From: Nitrospirales bacterium
Lineage (GTDB): Bacteria; Nitrospirota; Nitrospiria; Nitrospirales; UBA8639
NCBI GenBank assembly: GCA_965203295.1
Contig: CBDBCZ010000019.1
Coordinates: forward strand, 352,001 to 416,000
Direction of reading: 5' to 3'
Length of the DNA stretch: 64,000 nt
A program made the translations under genes and the position numbers. Shown in pieces: positions 31,236 through 43,220 of this stretch. Numbering within the stretch: position 1 is the stretch's first letter; every line of letters starts with the position of its first letter. The notes under the pieces were generated by a model. That model worked only from the letters and a program-made list of their open reading frames with translations. It did not search any database and had not been told where the DNA came from.

Positions 31236-33032
31236 TCAAAAAGGCAACTTGAACCCACGTGGCAAGGCTTTCTTGGGCAGTCCCTTTTCTTCCAGGATCT
31301 TTAGCAGATCGTTTTCTTCTGTCAGTCGGTCGGTTAACCCCTCACTAATAGAACCGAGCCCTCCTAAATCGGTGTTCAGGCCTTTCAGCGGCCCCGCCAC
31401 CCTTGCGGAAATGGCGGATTGGAGGTCCTTGCCGAAGCCGGTGGCTAAATTCTTCACCATTTTCCCGGCGGCTTCCTGCAAAATACGGTCAAGATCCGAA
31501 CTGAGCTTCAGGTCATAATGCTGAATGGTCCCGGTCACAGTGGCTTTTACCGACATGGCAGAAATATCAGAAATCGCTGAACTCAGCGCGTTGGTTAAAG
31601 GATTGGAATCACCTGCTTGCCCTGCTGATACGCGTAACGCGGATAATTTGCTAGTGCCCGTGGCCGTGATCGCTTCGCCCTGCAGCTCAGCATCAACATT
31701 CACATCGGCTAATCCTTTATCTACGGCCACGGGCCAGTCTGGTTGATTGGATAGCGACACTTTTTCTAGACGATAGCCTGTGGCTTGAAATCGGAAATTA
31801 TCAGTAGATTGAGACGCGTCCCGATGATCCAATGTGCCGTTCAGCGTCATGCCCTGGAGACCTTTGAGTTGGTCGCCGGAGAATGCCAGGGTAAGAGGTG
31901 TACCAAGGGTCGCCTGATCAGGAGTGATGTTTTCGATCGTTCCAGTGATTTTACCGACATCTAAAAATACGGACACGTTGGCCAAACGAATGAGAAATTC
32001 TGGGAGCGGCTGAAATTCTTTAAACCGGACATCCACACCTTTCCCACGAACTGGTACCAGATCCTCTTCTCCCCTTTGAACTGATCCTGCAGCAGCTCCT
32101 CCTTCAAGATACGGCTTCAGCTTCTCATACCACTCGGCGCTTTCCTTCAGCTTCGACCCGATATGCTTACCCAATAATGTTTGGCCGAGATTTGCCAGGC
32201 TTTGCGGCGAGAGGCTGTACTTTTCCTTGAGTCGCCGGACATCATTCTTGGGCGCCGTTTTGGTTTGGGCAATGCGTTTTTTCAGTAAGGCCAGCTTCTC
32301 CTCAAATTCCTTGCGCGCGCTTTTGAGTTGATCCAGATCTCTCTCGATTTCTCTCTTAATTAATTGAACTTCGTCCACTCCCCGGAGTATTGCGCCGGTT
32401 CCACCTCTAGTTGAAGACTTCAGATCCTCGATTCGTGTCTTGTACTTTGCAAATTGGGCTTTTCCAGGGAGGTTCTTGAGGCGTTTTTCCCATGACTCCT
32501 TTTCTCGTTGAATATCCGTCTGAATGGCTTCGATCAGTTTCAGTGTTTCCAGATCCTCCTGCTCGAGGATCTTTTGAACATCAGGCACCTCGAAGGGAGG
32601 TAATTGGAATGCCTCGACTTCGTCCGAATCAGGTGATGGGGAGGAAGGTGTCCCGTCCTGGCCATCTAGCGCACCTGATGTCGCCCGCGCCGTACCAAAT
32701 TGCACGTCATCGACCGTCATCTCGTCGATGATCACCTGGCGCCGAAGCAAGTACAAGCTATCCAATTCCATGGTCAGTCGTGTAATTTCGAGCGCGTTGG
32801 TCATTGGTTCATCCGGATTGGTGATTTGCAAGCGGGTTAGAGTGAGGCCAGTAGGAAACAGGGTGAGATCCGCGCTGTCAAGTTCGACCTTTGCCCCGAT
32901 CGCGGTACTTCCTTCTTCTTCGATTTTGGCTTTTACTAAACCATCGACAACGAAAAGCCACACCAAACTGACAACTCCCATCAAGATGAAGAAGACTCCC
33001 AACCCCCACCAACGAATCCACTTCCTCATCAT
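31236..33032 (-). CDS. TIGR03545 family protein
   Basis: IRWWGL N-terminus, IGAKVEL, coiled coil, RGKGVDVRF.E..P.P.FLI; coupled to TIGR03546 gene. Confidence 0.85.
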   Translation of the reverse strand: MMRKWIRWWGLGVFFILMGVVSLVWLFVVDGLVKAKIEEEGSTAIGAKVELDSADLTLFPTGLTLTRLQITNPDEPMTNALEITRLTMELDSLYLLRRQVIIDEMTVDDVQFGTARATSGALDGQDGTPSSPSPDSDEVEAFQLPPFEVPDVQKILEQEDLETLKLIEAIQTDIQREKESWEKRLKNLPGKAQFAKYKTRIEDLKSSTRGGTGAILRGVDEVQLIKREIERDLDQLKSARKEFEEKLALLKKRIAQTKTAPKNDVRRLKEKYSLSPQSLANLGQTLLGKHIGSKLKESAEWYEKLKPYLEGGAAAGSVQRGEEDLVPVRGKGVDVRFKEFQPLPEFLIRLANVSVFLDVGKITGTIENITPDQATLGTPLTLAFSGDQLKGLQGMTLNGTLDHRDASQSTDNFRFQATGYRLEKVSLSNQPDWPVAVDKGLADVNVDAELQGEAITATGTSKLSALRVSAGQAGDSNPLTNALSSAISDISAMSVKATVTGTIQHYDLKLSSDLDRILQEAAGKMVKNLATGFGKDLQSAISARVAGPLKGLNTDLGGLGSISEGLTDRLTEENDLLKILEEKGLPKKALPRGFKLPF

Positions 33033-33547
33033 GTGCCTCCAAGGTGAGAGATGGATTGATACATTTGATACAGCTTGCTGGCCTTGAAGAATTGCATCAG
33101 TCGCGTTTTTTGAACCCAGGCCAGGAGGTGGGCGCGGTATCGTCGAATGAGAGCATTGGAGAGAATGAGGAGGGGCACGAAGAGCACAAGGGAGAACAGG
33201 AGGCCCCCCATGGTGATGGAATTGTTAAACCGCTCGAGCCGCCAAAGCGTTGAGTTATACAGTGAGGTCCAAAGCCCTTCGAGGGATGTGGAAGTGAGGA
33301 GTTTGAGCCCTAGATAGTCAAATAGTGGGTCTAACAGATAAGCGGTTCCAGAAAATACTATAAGCCCCATGAGGAAGGCAGAGAGATTGACCCGCAACAG
33401 AAGGACAAGCAAGATCACAAAGAGGTTATGCAAGCTCACCAGGGGTGTGAGCCCTGCGATCATCGCAAAGCAGAACCCGAGGGAGATCTGTCCAGGGTCA
33501 GTCTCAGAATTGAGGACTCTCAGAAGTTTTGCGATGAGCCGAAGCAC
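33029..33547 (-). CDS. TIGR03546 (DUF2062-like) membrane protein
   Basis: LNSETDPGQIS…GLTP…LRVN…FNNSITMGG. Confidence 0.85.
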   Translation of the reverse strand: MLRLIAKLLRVLNSETDPGQISLGFCFAMIAGLTPLVSLHNLFVILLVLLLRVNLSAFLMGLIVFSGTAYLLDPLFDYLGLKLLTSTSLEGLWTSLYNSTLWRLERFNNSITMGGLLFSLVLFVPLLILSNALIRRYRAHLLAWVQKTRLMQFFKASKLYQMYQSISHLGGT

Positions 33548-33657
33548 TATTCTCCCTCCTTAAGGGGCTAACTGACATTTATCTCTTGATGAAATAATTG
33601 AAGCGCGTGTGTGGAGGAAATGGTCACATACAGTGAAGAAAAAATCCTTTGCTCGAT

Positions 33658-34002
33658 TTATCCCACCTTTTCTTCCTTGGGTACTTCCTGCCATCGGAAG
33701 GCAAGAAAGTTAAGCTGGTCGAGGACGGTGGTTAGTTCACGGCCCTCTTCTGTGAGGCTATAGGTGACCTTAAGGGGAACCGTAGATTCTTGGTGACGGT
33801 AAATAACCTCTGCCCGTTCCAAGGTACGCAATCGTTCTGTCAACATTTTTGACGAAATGCCAGGCATCTGTCTCTTAAGCTCACCAAATCGGGTAGGGCC
33901 GTTTGTATTGAGACGGCAAAGCATATAAATGGTCCAAGGACCACAGAGAACTCGGAGGAGAGAATCAAGGGGGCAATCAATAGGGCTAGGCGGGAGTCTC
34001 AT
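33658..34002 (-). CDS. HxlR-family winged-helix regulator
   Basis: CP…GPWT…RFGELKR.MPGISSKMLTERLR.LE…VTYSLT..G. Confidence 0.92.
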   Translation of the reverse strand: MRLPPSPIDCPLDSLLRVLCGPWTIYMLCRLNTNGPTRFGELKRQMPGISSKMLTERLRTLERAEVIYRHQESTVPLKVTYSLTEEGRELTTVLDQLNFLAFRWQEVPKEEKVG

Positions 34003-34234
34003 GGTTACTTTTTGGTACCTACTTTACTTTGGTTATTAGCAACTTAAATATTATATAGAGACATGTTTGGGAAGCAAGATGTCCTTTTATCTTACGGGGT
34101 GAAGGGGAAAGGTATTTTTCACCTAATAATTGAAATAATTTCATGCATAAAATCATACACGTAAAATCTAAATCTGTTCTGCTGAATGAGGAGGAAAAGA
34201 GAAATCGTTCAAGAATTTAGAGAGGAGGTGTGCG

Positions 34235-34411
34235 ATGAAATGTCCTCGATGTAAGGGATTCATGTTACAGGATAAGATAATAGATCTAGATGGCCCGTTT
34301 CACCATATTCCGATATGGCGCTGTATTAATTGTGGGGGGACTCTTGACCTCGCCATCCGTAAGGGCCAGGACATGAGAGATAGCCTTGTTGAGAAGGGGA
34401 AAGCGGCTTAA
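34235..34411 (+). CDS. 58-aa zinc-ribbon protein (below ORF-track cutoff)
   Basis: Strong RBS GAGGAGGTG; MKCPRCKGFMLQDKIIDLDGPFHHIPIWRCINCGGTLDLAIRKGQDMRDSLVEKGKAA*. Confidence 0.75.
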   Translation: MKCPRCKGFMLQDKIIDLDGPFHHIPIWRCINCGGTLDLAIRKGQDMRDSLVEKGKAA

Positions 34412-34483
34412 GACATTCAAGGGAAGTGGGGTGGAGGGTGCAAGACTGAGGAATGAATAGTTTCATGAGGACAGTGAGGTGAG

Positions 34484-36318
34484 GTGATGAAGAAGGAACC
34501 ATGTCGGGAAGATGACAAGCGAATCGAGAAACTTTCTCGAGCAACGCTCTCCATTTCCAAAAGTGATGTATTAACCTTTTCCCGAGAAGAATGTGCATCC
34601 GTGGAAGGACTGAAAGAACTGATGCCCGCAATGATGGACAAAAGAGAAGGACGAGGTCACGCGCAGGGAGGTGTGACGACATCGAAGAGGAAAGATTCTT
34701 GTACTCATTTGGCGAAAGGGTTTGCAGCGTATTCGGATGACCTCCAAAAGTCAGATGCTCGCGAGGAAAGCGGAAATGAAGATGTTCCGGATTCGACCGG
34801 CGCAATTAATGTCTTCTTGAAAGAGATGGGCCGTGTGCCTTTATTGACTCGCGAAGGTGAGATTCGGCTTGCTAAACAAATGGAAAAGGGGAAAAAAGAA
34901 CTTACCTCTTTGCTGTTTTCCCTACCCTTGACTGTGGCCTATTTGGATGTGCTCGGCAAACGTTTGAGAGGTGGGGCAGTTAAGATTGAAAGCATCGTGA
35001 ACGTATGGGAGTCCCACGATGATGGGGAAGGAGACCGAGAAACTCAGGAGGAAACGCATAAGCAAAATCTGGCTAGACGCACTCTTGCGGGATTTTCAAA
35101 AATCCGCAGATTGTCCGACAGCCTTCCCTTCTCTAGCTGGCCTTTTTCCCCAAAAGCTGTTGATAGAGTTTCTGGTCCATCGAAAACGCAGGTTCCGGCT
35201 GCTTGGGAACGGATCGTTGAGACCGTTGCGTCCTTGAACTTGTGTCCGGAACTCCAAGAACAACTACTGGCTCGCGCAAAAACTTTAGATGAGGAGATTG
35301 GCTTGCAGGAAGAGGTACTCAAAGACTCCTATCAAAAATTGGGAGTGCCAGAAGTGGAAGGGGAAAAATTCATTAAGAAAATGATCAAAATCCCTACCAC
35401 TGTTACGTCCTTACGACGAAGGACCGGACGTTCCAATGAAGATCTTCTCGCCATTGCCGATGCTTACATGAAGGCCCTTGCAAACATTCGAGAAATTGAG
35501 AAGACGAAAATTGATATGTCAGCCTCCGAATTTAGGAAGATCCTCCAGGTCCTTCGACAGGCTGAGAAGAAAGTCGAACATGGCAGGACGGGATTAGTCG
35601 AAGCCAATCTTCGGTTAGTGATCAGTGTGGCGAAACATTACACGAATCGAGGTTTGCAATTTCTTGATTTAATTCAGGAAGGGAATCTTGGATTGATGAA
35701 AGCGGTGGAGAAGTTTGACTACCAACGTGGGTATAAATTCAGTACCTATGCAACCTGGTGGATACGACAACGGATTACCCGAGCCCTGGCAGACCAGTCT
35801 AGGACCATTCGAGTGCCAGTCAATATGGTTGAGGTTGCTCAAAAGCTCAAGCGGATGACACGTCAATTGGTTCAGCAATTAGGACGAGAACCCTCGTTGG
35901 ATGAAATTGCGGAGCGGATGAACCTTTCGGTGGCGAAGGCTCAAGAAATTTCAGAATGTACCAAAGAACCAGTGTCTCTTGATGCCCCGTTAGAAGAGGA
36001 AGGAGGCAGTCATGTAGGAGATTTTATCAAAGATACGAAAGTTTCCTCTCCTTTTCTAGCCATTAACCGATTCGATGTTCAGGAGAAGGTCGCGACAGTC
36101 TTGGATACCTTGTCCTCTCGAGAAGCGTACATCATCCGAAAAAGGTTTGGGATCGGATATGGATCCGATCATACTTTAGAGGAAATCAGCCATGATTTTG
36201 GTGTGACGCGAGAACGCGTGAGGCAGATTGAAGCCGCTACTCTGAAGAAACTCCTACTCTGAAGAAACTCCGCACGCCACATTCTCGTGAATTGCTTCAC
36301 CGCTTGACTCAAAACTAG
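34484..36318 (+). CDS. RpoD-like sigma-70 factor paralog; C-terminus truncated at 36262 by a 17-bp duplication
   Basis: Region 1.2 (FLKEMGRVPLLTREGE), 2 (EANLRLVISVAK…KFSTYATWWIRQ), 3 and 4 (HTLEEI…VTRERVRQIE); ancestral stop TAG 36316-18. Confidence 0.88.
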
Positions 36319-36319
36319 T

Positions 36320-36430
36320 AGGCTGTTGAAGAATCCTCGGCCTATGCAGAAGCTCCCGGCCTTCGTAGCCTAAGGAGACTTCGGCGGCGGCTCGGCAGAC
36401 AGGCTAGCGTCCTTCCTTGCCTTCGCGGAC
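36320..36430. mobile_element. One-ended MITE remnant related to 12395..12637
   Basis: aggctgttgaagaa TIR directly after ctagt; nested ccttcgtagcc…cttcggcgg palindromic module; no right TIR. Confidence 0.5.
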
Positions 36431-36467
36431 ATTCCTCCTTGTTTTCCATCTCGATTCCCAAGGAAAT

Positions 36468-36690
36468 CTATCCGATTATGGACGCTGAGAAACGGTTGAG
36501 CCCCCCGACACCGCTCGCTCAGCTACGAACGCAGGCTGCCGACCAACTAGCCAAGTTGCCAGAAGAATTACGTCAGTTTGGGCAAGGTAGGGCATCGAAG
36601 TGAAGGTCTCCCCCCGCGCTACGTGAACTCGCCCAAACCGTGGATGCCAAAAGGCAAGCCAACATGGATAAGGCAAGGCAAGGTCTATAA
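36468..36690 (+). pseudogene. 3' remnant resembling the nicotinate phosphoribosyltransferase C-terminus
   Basis: PIMDAEKRLSPPTPLAQLRTQAADQLAKLPEELR…EVKVSP/ALRELAQTVD across frameshifts; recognition from memory of the PncB tail. Confidence 0.5.
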
Positions 36691-37054
36691 AGGGCACTTG
36701 ATTTTCCGGGAAAAGAGATTATCGATATAGATGGATGAAGTGGTTGACGAGAGGAACAGCGACTGATTAAGGGATCAAGTGCAGGGATGGTGAGCAGGCC
36801 CACGGCAGGCAAGTGGGGAGCCTAAAGTCCCTCCAAGATCCCAAAAGTAGCGGAAATAGCTCTCAAGGTTAACGCTTCATCCACCATTTTTTTGCCCTCT
36901 TCCTTTCCTTTTCACAAGACTTCCAAGAACCGGAAATTTTGTTGCGAATGCCGATAGCTGGCTCTCAAATTGAGCGCAAAGATCCTTCTTTGACAAGCAC
37001 AAGAGAGATAGCTGGAACGGCCGATAACAATACGTCGGATAAAACCGACTGAAT

Positions 37055-38055
37055 TCAGGAAATTTTCAGCACGCCGGCTCCCTGGATGGTTCCTGCCTTC
37101 AATTGTTGCAAGGCCAGATTAGCGTCTTTGAGATTGAAGGGCTGCGTGTGAGGTCGAATGGGTATGTCTGCAGCTTCCTGAAGAAGATCCACTCCATCCT
37201 GCTTCGTGTTTGCTGTCACACTTTGAAGTGTGCGTTCCTGAAACAAGTACAGGCCATAGTCCATGAGAGGAATAGGGGTCATGTAAATTCCCGCTAAGGC
37301 TACCGTTCCCCCTTTTTCCAAAGCTTCGAGTACAGGAGGAACCAGTTCTCCCGCTGGAGCAAAAATAATTGCTCCGTGGAGTTTATCGGGGGGAGTCTCC
37401 GTCGCACTACCCACCCATACCGCCCCGAGTTTTCGGGCCAGAGCTCGATGTTCCTCTCGTAAGGAGCAAACGTACACAGAACATCCCCAGTGGCGGGCTA
37501 CCTGGATGGTTAGGTGAGCAGAGGCTCCGAAGCCATACACCCAAGCCTTTGCCCAGGTTTCACCTGGCTTCGGCGTAATGCCAGATACCCAATAATTCCC
37601 GCACAGAGAAGGGGGGCTGCCTCTTCATCATTGAAGGTAGAGGGGATGGGGTAGGCAAAGTGCTCGGAGACCAAGGCATACTCCGCAAATCCTCCATGAA
37701 CGTGGTAACCGGAGAAGGTGGCTTGAGAACAGAGATTTTCTCGTCCGGTCTGACAAAATTCGCATTGGTTACACGTGCGTTGCAGCCAGGCAATTCCCAC
37801 CCGATCTCCCTCCTTTATGGTTCGAATTCCCTGTCCCACGCGATCCACGATTCCCACGGTTTCGTGACCTGGAATGATGGGTCGAGTGGAATGAGGCAAT
37901 TCTCCTTCCACGACATGTATGTCTGTTCGACAGACTCCGCACACGTGAACCTTGACGCGTACTTGTCCAGGCCCCGGCTCGGGATCAGAAACTTCCTGGT
38001 ATTGCAAAGGGTGAGTCCCGACATCTCCATCCGTTTCCAAAACCATGGCCTTCAT
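37055..38055 (-). pseudogene. Zinc-dependent alcohol dehydrogenase (MDR family), frameshifted
   Basis: CGVCRTD, GHE, C..C..C…ENLC, PLLCAG; shift near 37540 before YGFGASA. Confidence 0.88.
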
Positions 38056-38342
38056 GATGAGGATCTTCCTCCAAGTTGAAATTTGTCAGAACAAGAAATT
38101 TTACTCCTGCCAGAAACTGAGTGAAATACCAGAAAGGTTTGCCAAATGAGAACGAAAGGACCTTGAGAGAGACAGACTGGATCGCACATGAGTGCATGAT
38201 GCCTTGGGTTTGTTATTGGCGTTTTCTCCCTGGTAGGGTGAATAGAGAGCAAAGCAGACATGCAAGAGTCTCTTCTCTAGATGGGAATTCTTTAGGGTGC
38301 TTTTCGTTTTTTAAGTGTTCGTGGGACAGACGAAATATCGAT

Positions 38343-39257
38343 ATGACTAGGGAAAAACAGCGAAGTTTTTTTTCGATCATCGTGATTGCCTTCATATTTG
38401 GAATCTTGGTCTGTTGGAAATCACCCACTCTCTTAATGGCCAATTCACCTCCACCTCCTGAACTCGACCAGCATCTCATGGATATTGCCAAACTCGCTCA
38501 GCCCTCGCCTATGGTGCCGATTCCTAAGGGATAGTTCCTCTTGGGTACGGTTCGTAAGGATGATGATCCGTTCGGACTCGACAGGCAATTTGACAACACC
38601 GAATACCCTCAGCAACGGGTCTGGCTTGATGCATTTTCGATGGATCGCGACGAAGTAAGCCTAGGAGAGTATTTGGCCTATTTGCTGGAACAGAATCTTT
38701 CTGCTCCCCAAGAACTCCGGGAATTGATTTGGCATTTAATATCGGTGCATTTCTTACCCGACTACATTATGGCCCGGTGGCCAGCGCTGTATGTGACATG
38801 GACGGATGCCGGAAACTTTTGCCGAGCACAAGGGAAACGGTTACCGACAGAAGCAGAATGGGAAAAGGCTGCTCGAGGAACGAAGGGGAACCTGTTTCCT
38901 TGGGGACATCAGAGCCCCAATTCCGACTTGGCAGTGTTCGGTCTCTATCATGTCCATCAAATCCCCCTCGTAGCCGCAGTTGATGGGTTCAACGAGGGGC
39001 AAAGCCCTTATGGCCTCAATCATATGGCGGGGAATGTGAGAGAATGGGTTCAGGATTGGTTTGGGTTTGATTACTATGCGATCATGCCCAACCGAAACCC
39101 AACGGGTCCTCCTACTGGGCGGTATAAAGGTGTACGTGGTGGTTCATGGAGAAGCAAACCGCAAATGTTGCGGACAGCTACTCGCAATTGAGCGACAACT
39201 GAAACACGATCCCCGACTATTGGGTTTCGTTGTGCAAAGTCCGCTTCTGAGAGTTAA
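38343..39257 (+). pseudogene. Formylglycine-generating-enzyme (SUMF1/FGE-sulfatase) domain protein with two in-frame stops
   Basis: MVPIPKG*FLLG, RLPTEAEWEKAARG, MAGNVREW, RGGSW, GFRCA; TAG 38532-34 and TGA 39189-91. Confidence 0.88.
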
Positions 39258-39266
39258 GGGCCTTTC

Positions 39267-39683
39267 TTATTTCGCCCCCAACACTTTCGCGGCTTTTTTC
39301 ACATGTTTGGGTTTTACCCAGAGGATCACTCCAAACCGTTTTGCCCCTCCACACAGTGCGGTCGTGGCATGCACGTTGATCTTGGCCTTAGCCAACTTCT
39401 CGGCATGTGAAGCGAAGCCACCAATTCGATCACTTCCCTCGACCAAAAAGCAGGTCTTGGGACCATGAATTTTCCACTTGGACCGTTTGGCCACAGCGTT
39501 GAATGTTTTAGAATCGGATGGCACTAAGTCCACTTGGGCTTTGCCTTTTTTTTGAGGGAAAGCAAGCAAGGCCAACAGGTTGACCTTGGATTTTTGAAGT
39601 GTCCCGAGGACCTTGAGGCCTTCTCCTGGTTTATGGGGAATCAGCATTTTGTAGTACTGGGCAATCCGAACTGAATCGGGCAT
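39267..39683 (-). CDS. ACT-like domain protein
   Basis: AAGGAGG RBS before MPDSVR; HKPGEG..VL…VNL and DRIGG….KLA.A.INV repeats. Confidence 0.7.
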   Translation of the reverse strand: MPDSVRIAQYYKMLIPHKPGEGLKVLGTLQKSKVNLLALLAFPQKKGKAQVDLVPSDSKTFNAVAKRSKWKIHGPKTCFLVEGSDRIGGFASHAEKLAKAKINVHATTALCGGAKRFGVILWVKPKHVKKAAKVLGAK

Positions 39684-39901
39684 GACACCCTCCTTTCGAT
39701 GATGAGAATCCCATATCGTCAATTTCCTCGATACGGGCATTCCGCTGTTGGATTTTACAGAACCGAACAACCTCATTCTAAGCGTTTTCATCCTTTCGTC
39801 AAAGGAAAAATCTCGACTTGCGTCAGCTGAGTCGTTCGTCGAGAAATCCCACCCCTGGGAGGAATGGACCTGCGGATGGCCTAGCATGGCAGTATTAGGC
39901 T

Positions 39902-40453
39902 ATGGCTTTCGCGTATTTCAATCGTCTGACAATTGTTCAAAAACGTACCTATCGACGGAGCGATCAGATTACAGCGATTCCTCTCCCGAAAAGCGAAGAA
40001 TTGTAGGCTTTGACGCGAGAGCTAGCCGTGGCTTTAGGAACCGAAGATCATGAGTTGACGCAAGGCTCTTCCCAAAGGCTCTTCAGTGCCATTACCGATA
40101 GACTGAATACTCCCAGAGTCCGAATAGAAGTCCTTCAGGTGAGGCCGTCTAATCACATTGGAGAACTCCAAGGACTGTATGTTCCTGAAGAACATCATAA
40201 AGTCGCCAACGTGAAACTCTGGATGCGCACTGCCAAACGGAAACAGGTTGTTGCCTTTAAGACCTTTCTTCGCACCCTTCTTCATGAGCTTTGCCATCAT
40301 CTGGATTACGAACTTTTGAGCTTGCGAGACAGCTTTCACACGCAAGGCTTTTACAAGCGAGAGTCGAGTCTGCTGCACCAGTTGCTGAAGGAAAGCCCAT
40401 CGACACCTGCGAGAACCGTCAAGGTGACACAACGACCTGTACGTTATGAATAA
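39902..40453 (+). pseudogene. SprT-like HExxH protein with in-frame TAG
   Basis: MAFAYFNRL…KSEEL*ALTREL…TLLHELCHHLD…HTQGFYKRE; TAG 40004-06. Confidence 0.7.
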
Positions 40454-41153
40454 GCCAACGGGCAAAGCGTTTCCCAAAGAGAAAGTAAAAGACAAGCAGA
40501 ATAGGGTTCGCAAGATCATCAAGATCTTGGATCAAACCTATCCGGAGACTACTCTTGTGCTAAACTTCACGACACCACTTGAATTGTTAATTGCCTTCAT
40601 CTTGGCTGCACAGTGTACGGACGAGCGGGTGAATCAAGTTACGGACAAGCTGTTCAAAAAACATCGGACCCCGGAAGACTAGGCCAAGCTTGATCTGAGT
40701 ACCTTGGAAAATGAAATTCGATTGATCGGTTTTTTCAGGAACAAAGCGAAATCTATTCAATCCTGCTATCAAGAGCTGGTTAATCGATTTGAGAATGAGG
40801 TTCCTAAAACTCTCGAAGATTTGGTCTCATTGCCGGGTGTTGGGAGAAAAACAGCGAATGTTCTGAGAGGAAATGCCTTTGGTCATCCAGCAATAGAGGT
40901 TGATCGGCATGTGGGTCATCTCGTGCAACACATGGGGTTGACTGAAGAGACTGATCCGGACAAGATCGAGTTCGATTTGAATGTGATCGTGCCTGACAAA
41001 AGCAAAGTCCGCTTCTGTCATCTACTCCAAACACATGGTCGAACGGTGTGTCTTGCACGAAAACCGAACTGCCCGGTATGTTTTATTAACTCACTCTGTC
41101 CCTATCCGGGACAATCTTCTAGCCAAGAATTGGCAAAACCTAAGCGCAGGTAA
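40446..41153 (+). pseudogene. nth: Endonuclease III with in-frame TAG
   Basis: LAAQCTDERVN, LPGVGRKTAN HhH, VDRHV, C-x6-C-x2-C-x5-C; TAG 40680-82. Confidence 0.9.
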
Positions 41154-41285
41154 GATACATAGCATTGACTGAAAATCGCCTATCCCAATTTCGATTATCC
41201 TCATGAGCAGTGTGGCTGCTTAAAAAACTGGGTATGTCCAATGAATATTTCAGAAAAAGAGACGTCAGGGATTCCTTAAGCGATA

Positions 41286-42158
41286 ATGACAAAGCCGATT
41301 GTGAATCTCTCCAGTGAAATAGAGAAACTTCAGACCAGACTGTGTCGGCGAGTTGGTCAGGCTATCACCGACTTCAAAATGATTGAAGATGGTGACAAGG
41401 TCATGGTGTGTCTATCGGGGGGGAAGGACAGTTATGGGCTGCTAGACATTCTGCTGAACATTCGTTCTCGTGCTCCCATTAGTTTTGAGATCGTCGCGGT
41501 GAATCTTGATCAGAAGCAACCAGGTTTCCCAGAACATGTGCTGCCTGGTTATTTAACGAAGATTGGAGTTCCGTTCCACATCGAAGAACAGGATACCTAT
41601 TCAACAGTCAAACGCGTGATCCCTGAAGGGGAAACAACGTGTTCATTGTGCTCGCGTCTGCGTCGAGGACATCTCTATCGTCTGGCATCAGAACTCGGAG
41701 CAACCAAGATCGCTTTAGGGCATCACCGTGACGACATCTTGGAAACATTCGTGATGAATTTGCTTACGGGAGGGAAGCTTGCGACCATGCCGCCGAAACT
41801 GATCTCAGACGACCGTCATAACATCGTTATACGGCCACTGGCGTACGTGAAGGAAGCAGACCTGGCTCGCTACGCGAAATTAAAGGAGTTCCCGATCATT
41901 CCGTGTGACTTATGTGGCTCGCAGGAGAACCTCAAGCGGAAGGAGGTCAAAGTGCTGCTGAAGGAATGGGAACAAAAATTCCCACGATGCCTTGATAGTC
42001 TTGTGGCGGCGATGTCAAACGTTTCACCTTCTCACCTGATGGATCCCAAGCTGTACAATTTCACATCCCTGCGGTCTACTCGCCAAGCTGACAAAAGCGA
42101 CTCTTCTCAACCTTTCAAGTTTTCCACTGAATCAATCCGTAGCGCAGGTTCGGTCTAA
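41286..42158 (+). CDS. ttcA: tRNA 2-thiocytidine(32) synthetase
   Basis: SGGKDS PP-loop, [33 protein letters not shown]. Confidence 0.95.
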   Translation: MTKPIVNLSSEIEKLQTRLCRRVGQAITDFKMIEDGDKVMVCLSGGKDSYGLLDILLNIRSRAPISFEIVAVNLDQKQPGFPEHVLPGYLTKIGVPFHIEEQDTYSTVKRVIPEGETTCSLCSRLRRGHLYRLASELGATKIALGHHRDDILETFVMNLLTGGKLATMPPKLISDDRHNIVIRPLAYVKEADLARYAKLKEFPIIPCDLCGSQENLKRKEVKVLLKEWEQKFPRCLDSLVAAMSNVSPSHLMDPKLYNFTSLRSTRQADKSDSSQPFKFSTESIRSAGSV

Positions 42159-42168
42159 CACGAAATTT

Positions 42169-43163
42169 TCATTTGATACCAATGACCATAGAGTCCGGTC
42201 CGATGAGATGCTCAACACGGGTTTTACGAAAACCAGCATTCTTGAGCCAGGTTGTGCAATCGGCTCCTGTATAGTCAAACCCTCCAGGCAATTCAATGAG
42301 CATGTTAAGGCTCATCAACAACCCAAACACGTTTTGACGACGTTCATCGTCGATCAACGACTCAAAAATAATCAAGGCTCCACCTTTAGGCAATGCCTCA
42401 TAGGCTTTCCCGATGAGCATCTTCTTTTCTTCCAGATTCCAATCGTGAAGGATATGGCCCATGGACAGCACATCCGCTTTCGGGAGAGAATCAGTAAAGA
42501 AGTCACCGGGAAAGAACCGTAATCGCTCACCAAGCCCGAACGAATTCACGTACTCTTCAAAGATTGGGCCTGTGACTGGAAGATCAAATCCCCCTCCTGT
42601 TATGTGATCATGTGCAAGGGCTACCTGAACCACTAAACCACCTTGAGCCGAACCCACATCGATAAACATACGATAATCAGACCATGGAAATTGCTGCGCA
42701 ATCCGCTTGCTAGCACCCATGCTCAGCCCGGTCATCGATTGAAGAAATTGTTTCAATCGATCATGATCACTGTAGAGGTCGCCGAAAAAGTTTCCTCCTT
42801 CCTTCACTTCATTCTGGGGAAGTCCAGGAAGGAACCCCAAAAGCGATACAGGCGGAGGTTCATCATTTCTAGCCAGCCGCCAATATACGATGGTTTGGCA
42901 CGATCGAGGAAAAGATCAGTCTCAGGGGTATTGAAATATCGGCCATCGCGACGATCGAGCATGCCGAGTGCGATGAGGGCATCGAAGAAATCGTGTGCAC
43001 TCCGTGGGTGAAGGCTCAACCGTTCTTGTAAAGCTTTGGTCTCAAGCGGCTGGCAGGCAAGTTCGGTAAAGACAACCAGTTCTACAGCGTTGAGGAAGTT
43101 CTTCGATCCCCAAAAGGCTGTGCCGAGTTGCATGATTCCGTCCGGTGTTGGGTCGTTGCTCAT
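42169..43163 (-). pseudogene. O-methyltransferase (Methyltransf_2 with dimerisation domain), split by frameshift/deletion
   Basis: N-part 42804..43163; C-part [16 protein letters not shown]. Confidence 0.85.
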
Positions 43164-43220
43164 GTTCTCCCTTCCTTATCTCAGGAAATCTTTGTACATG
43201 ATGATTTGACAGGTCAACGT

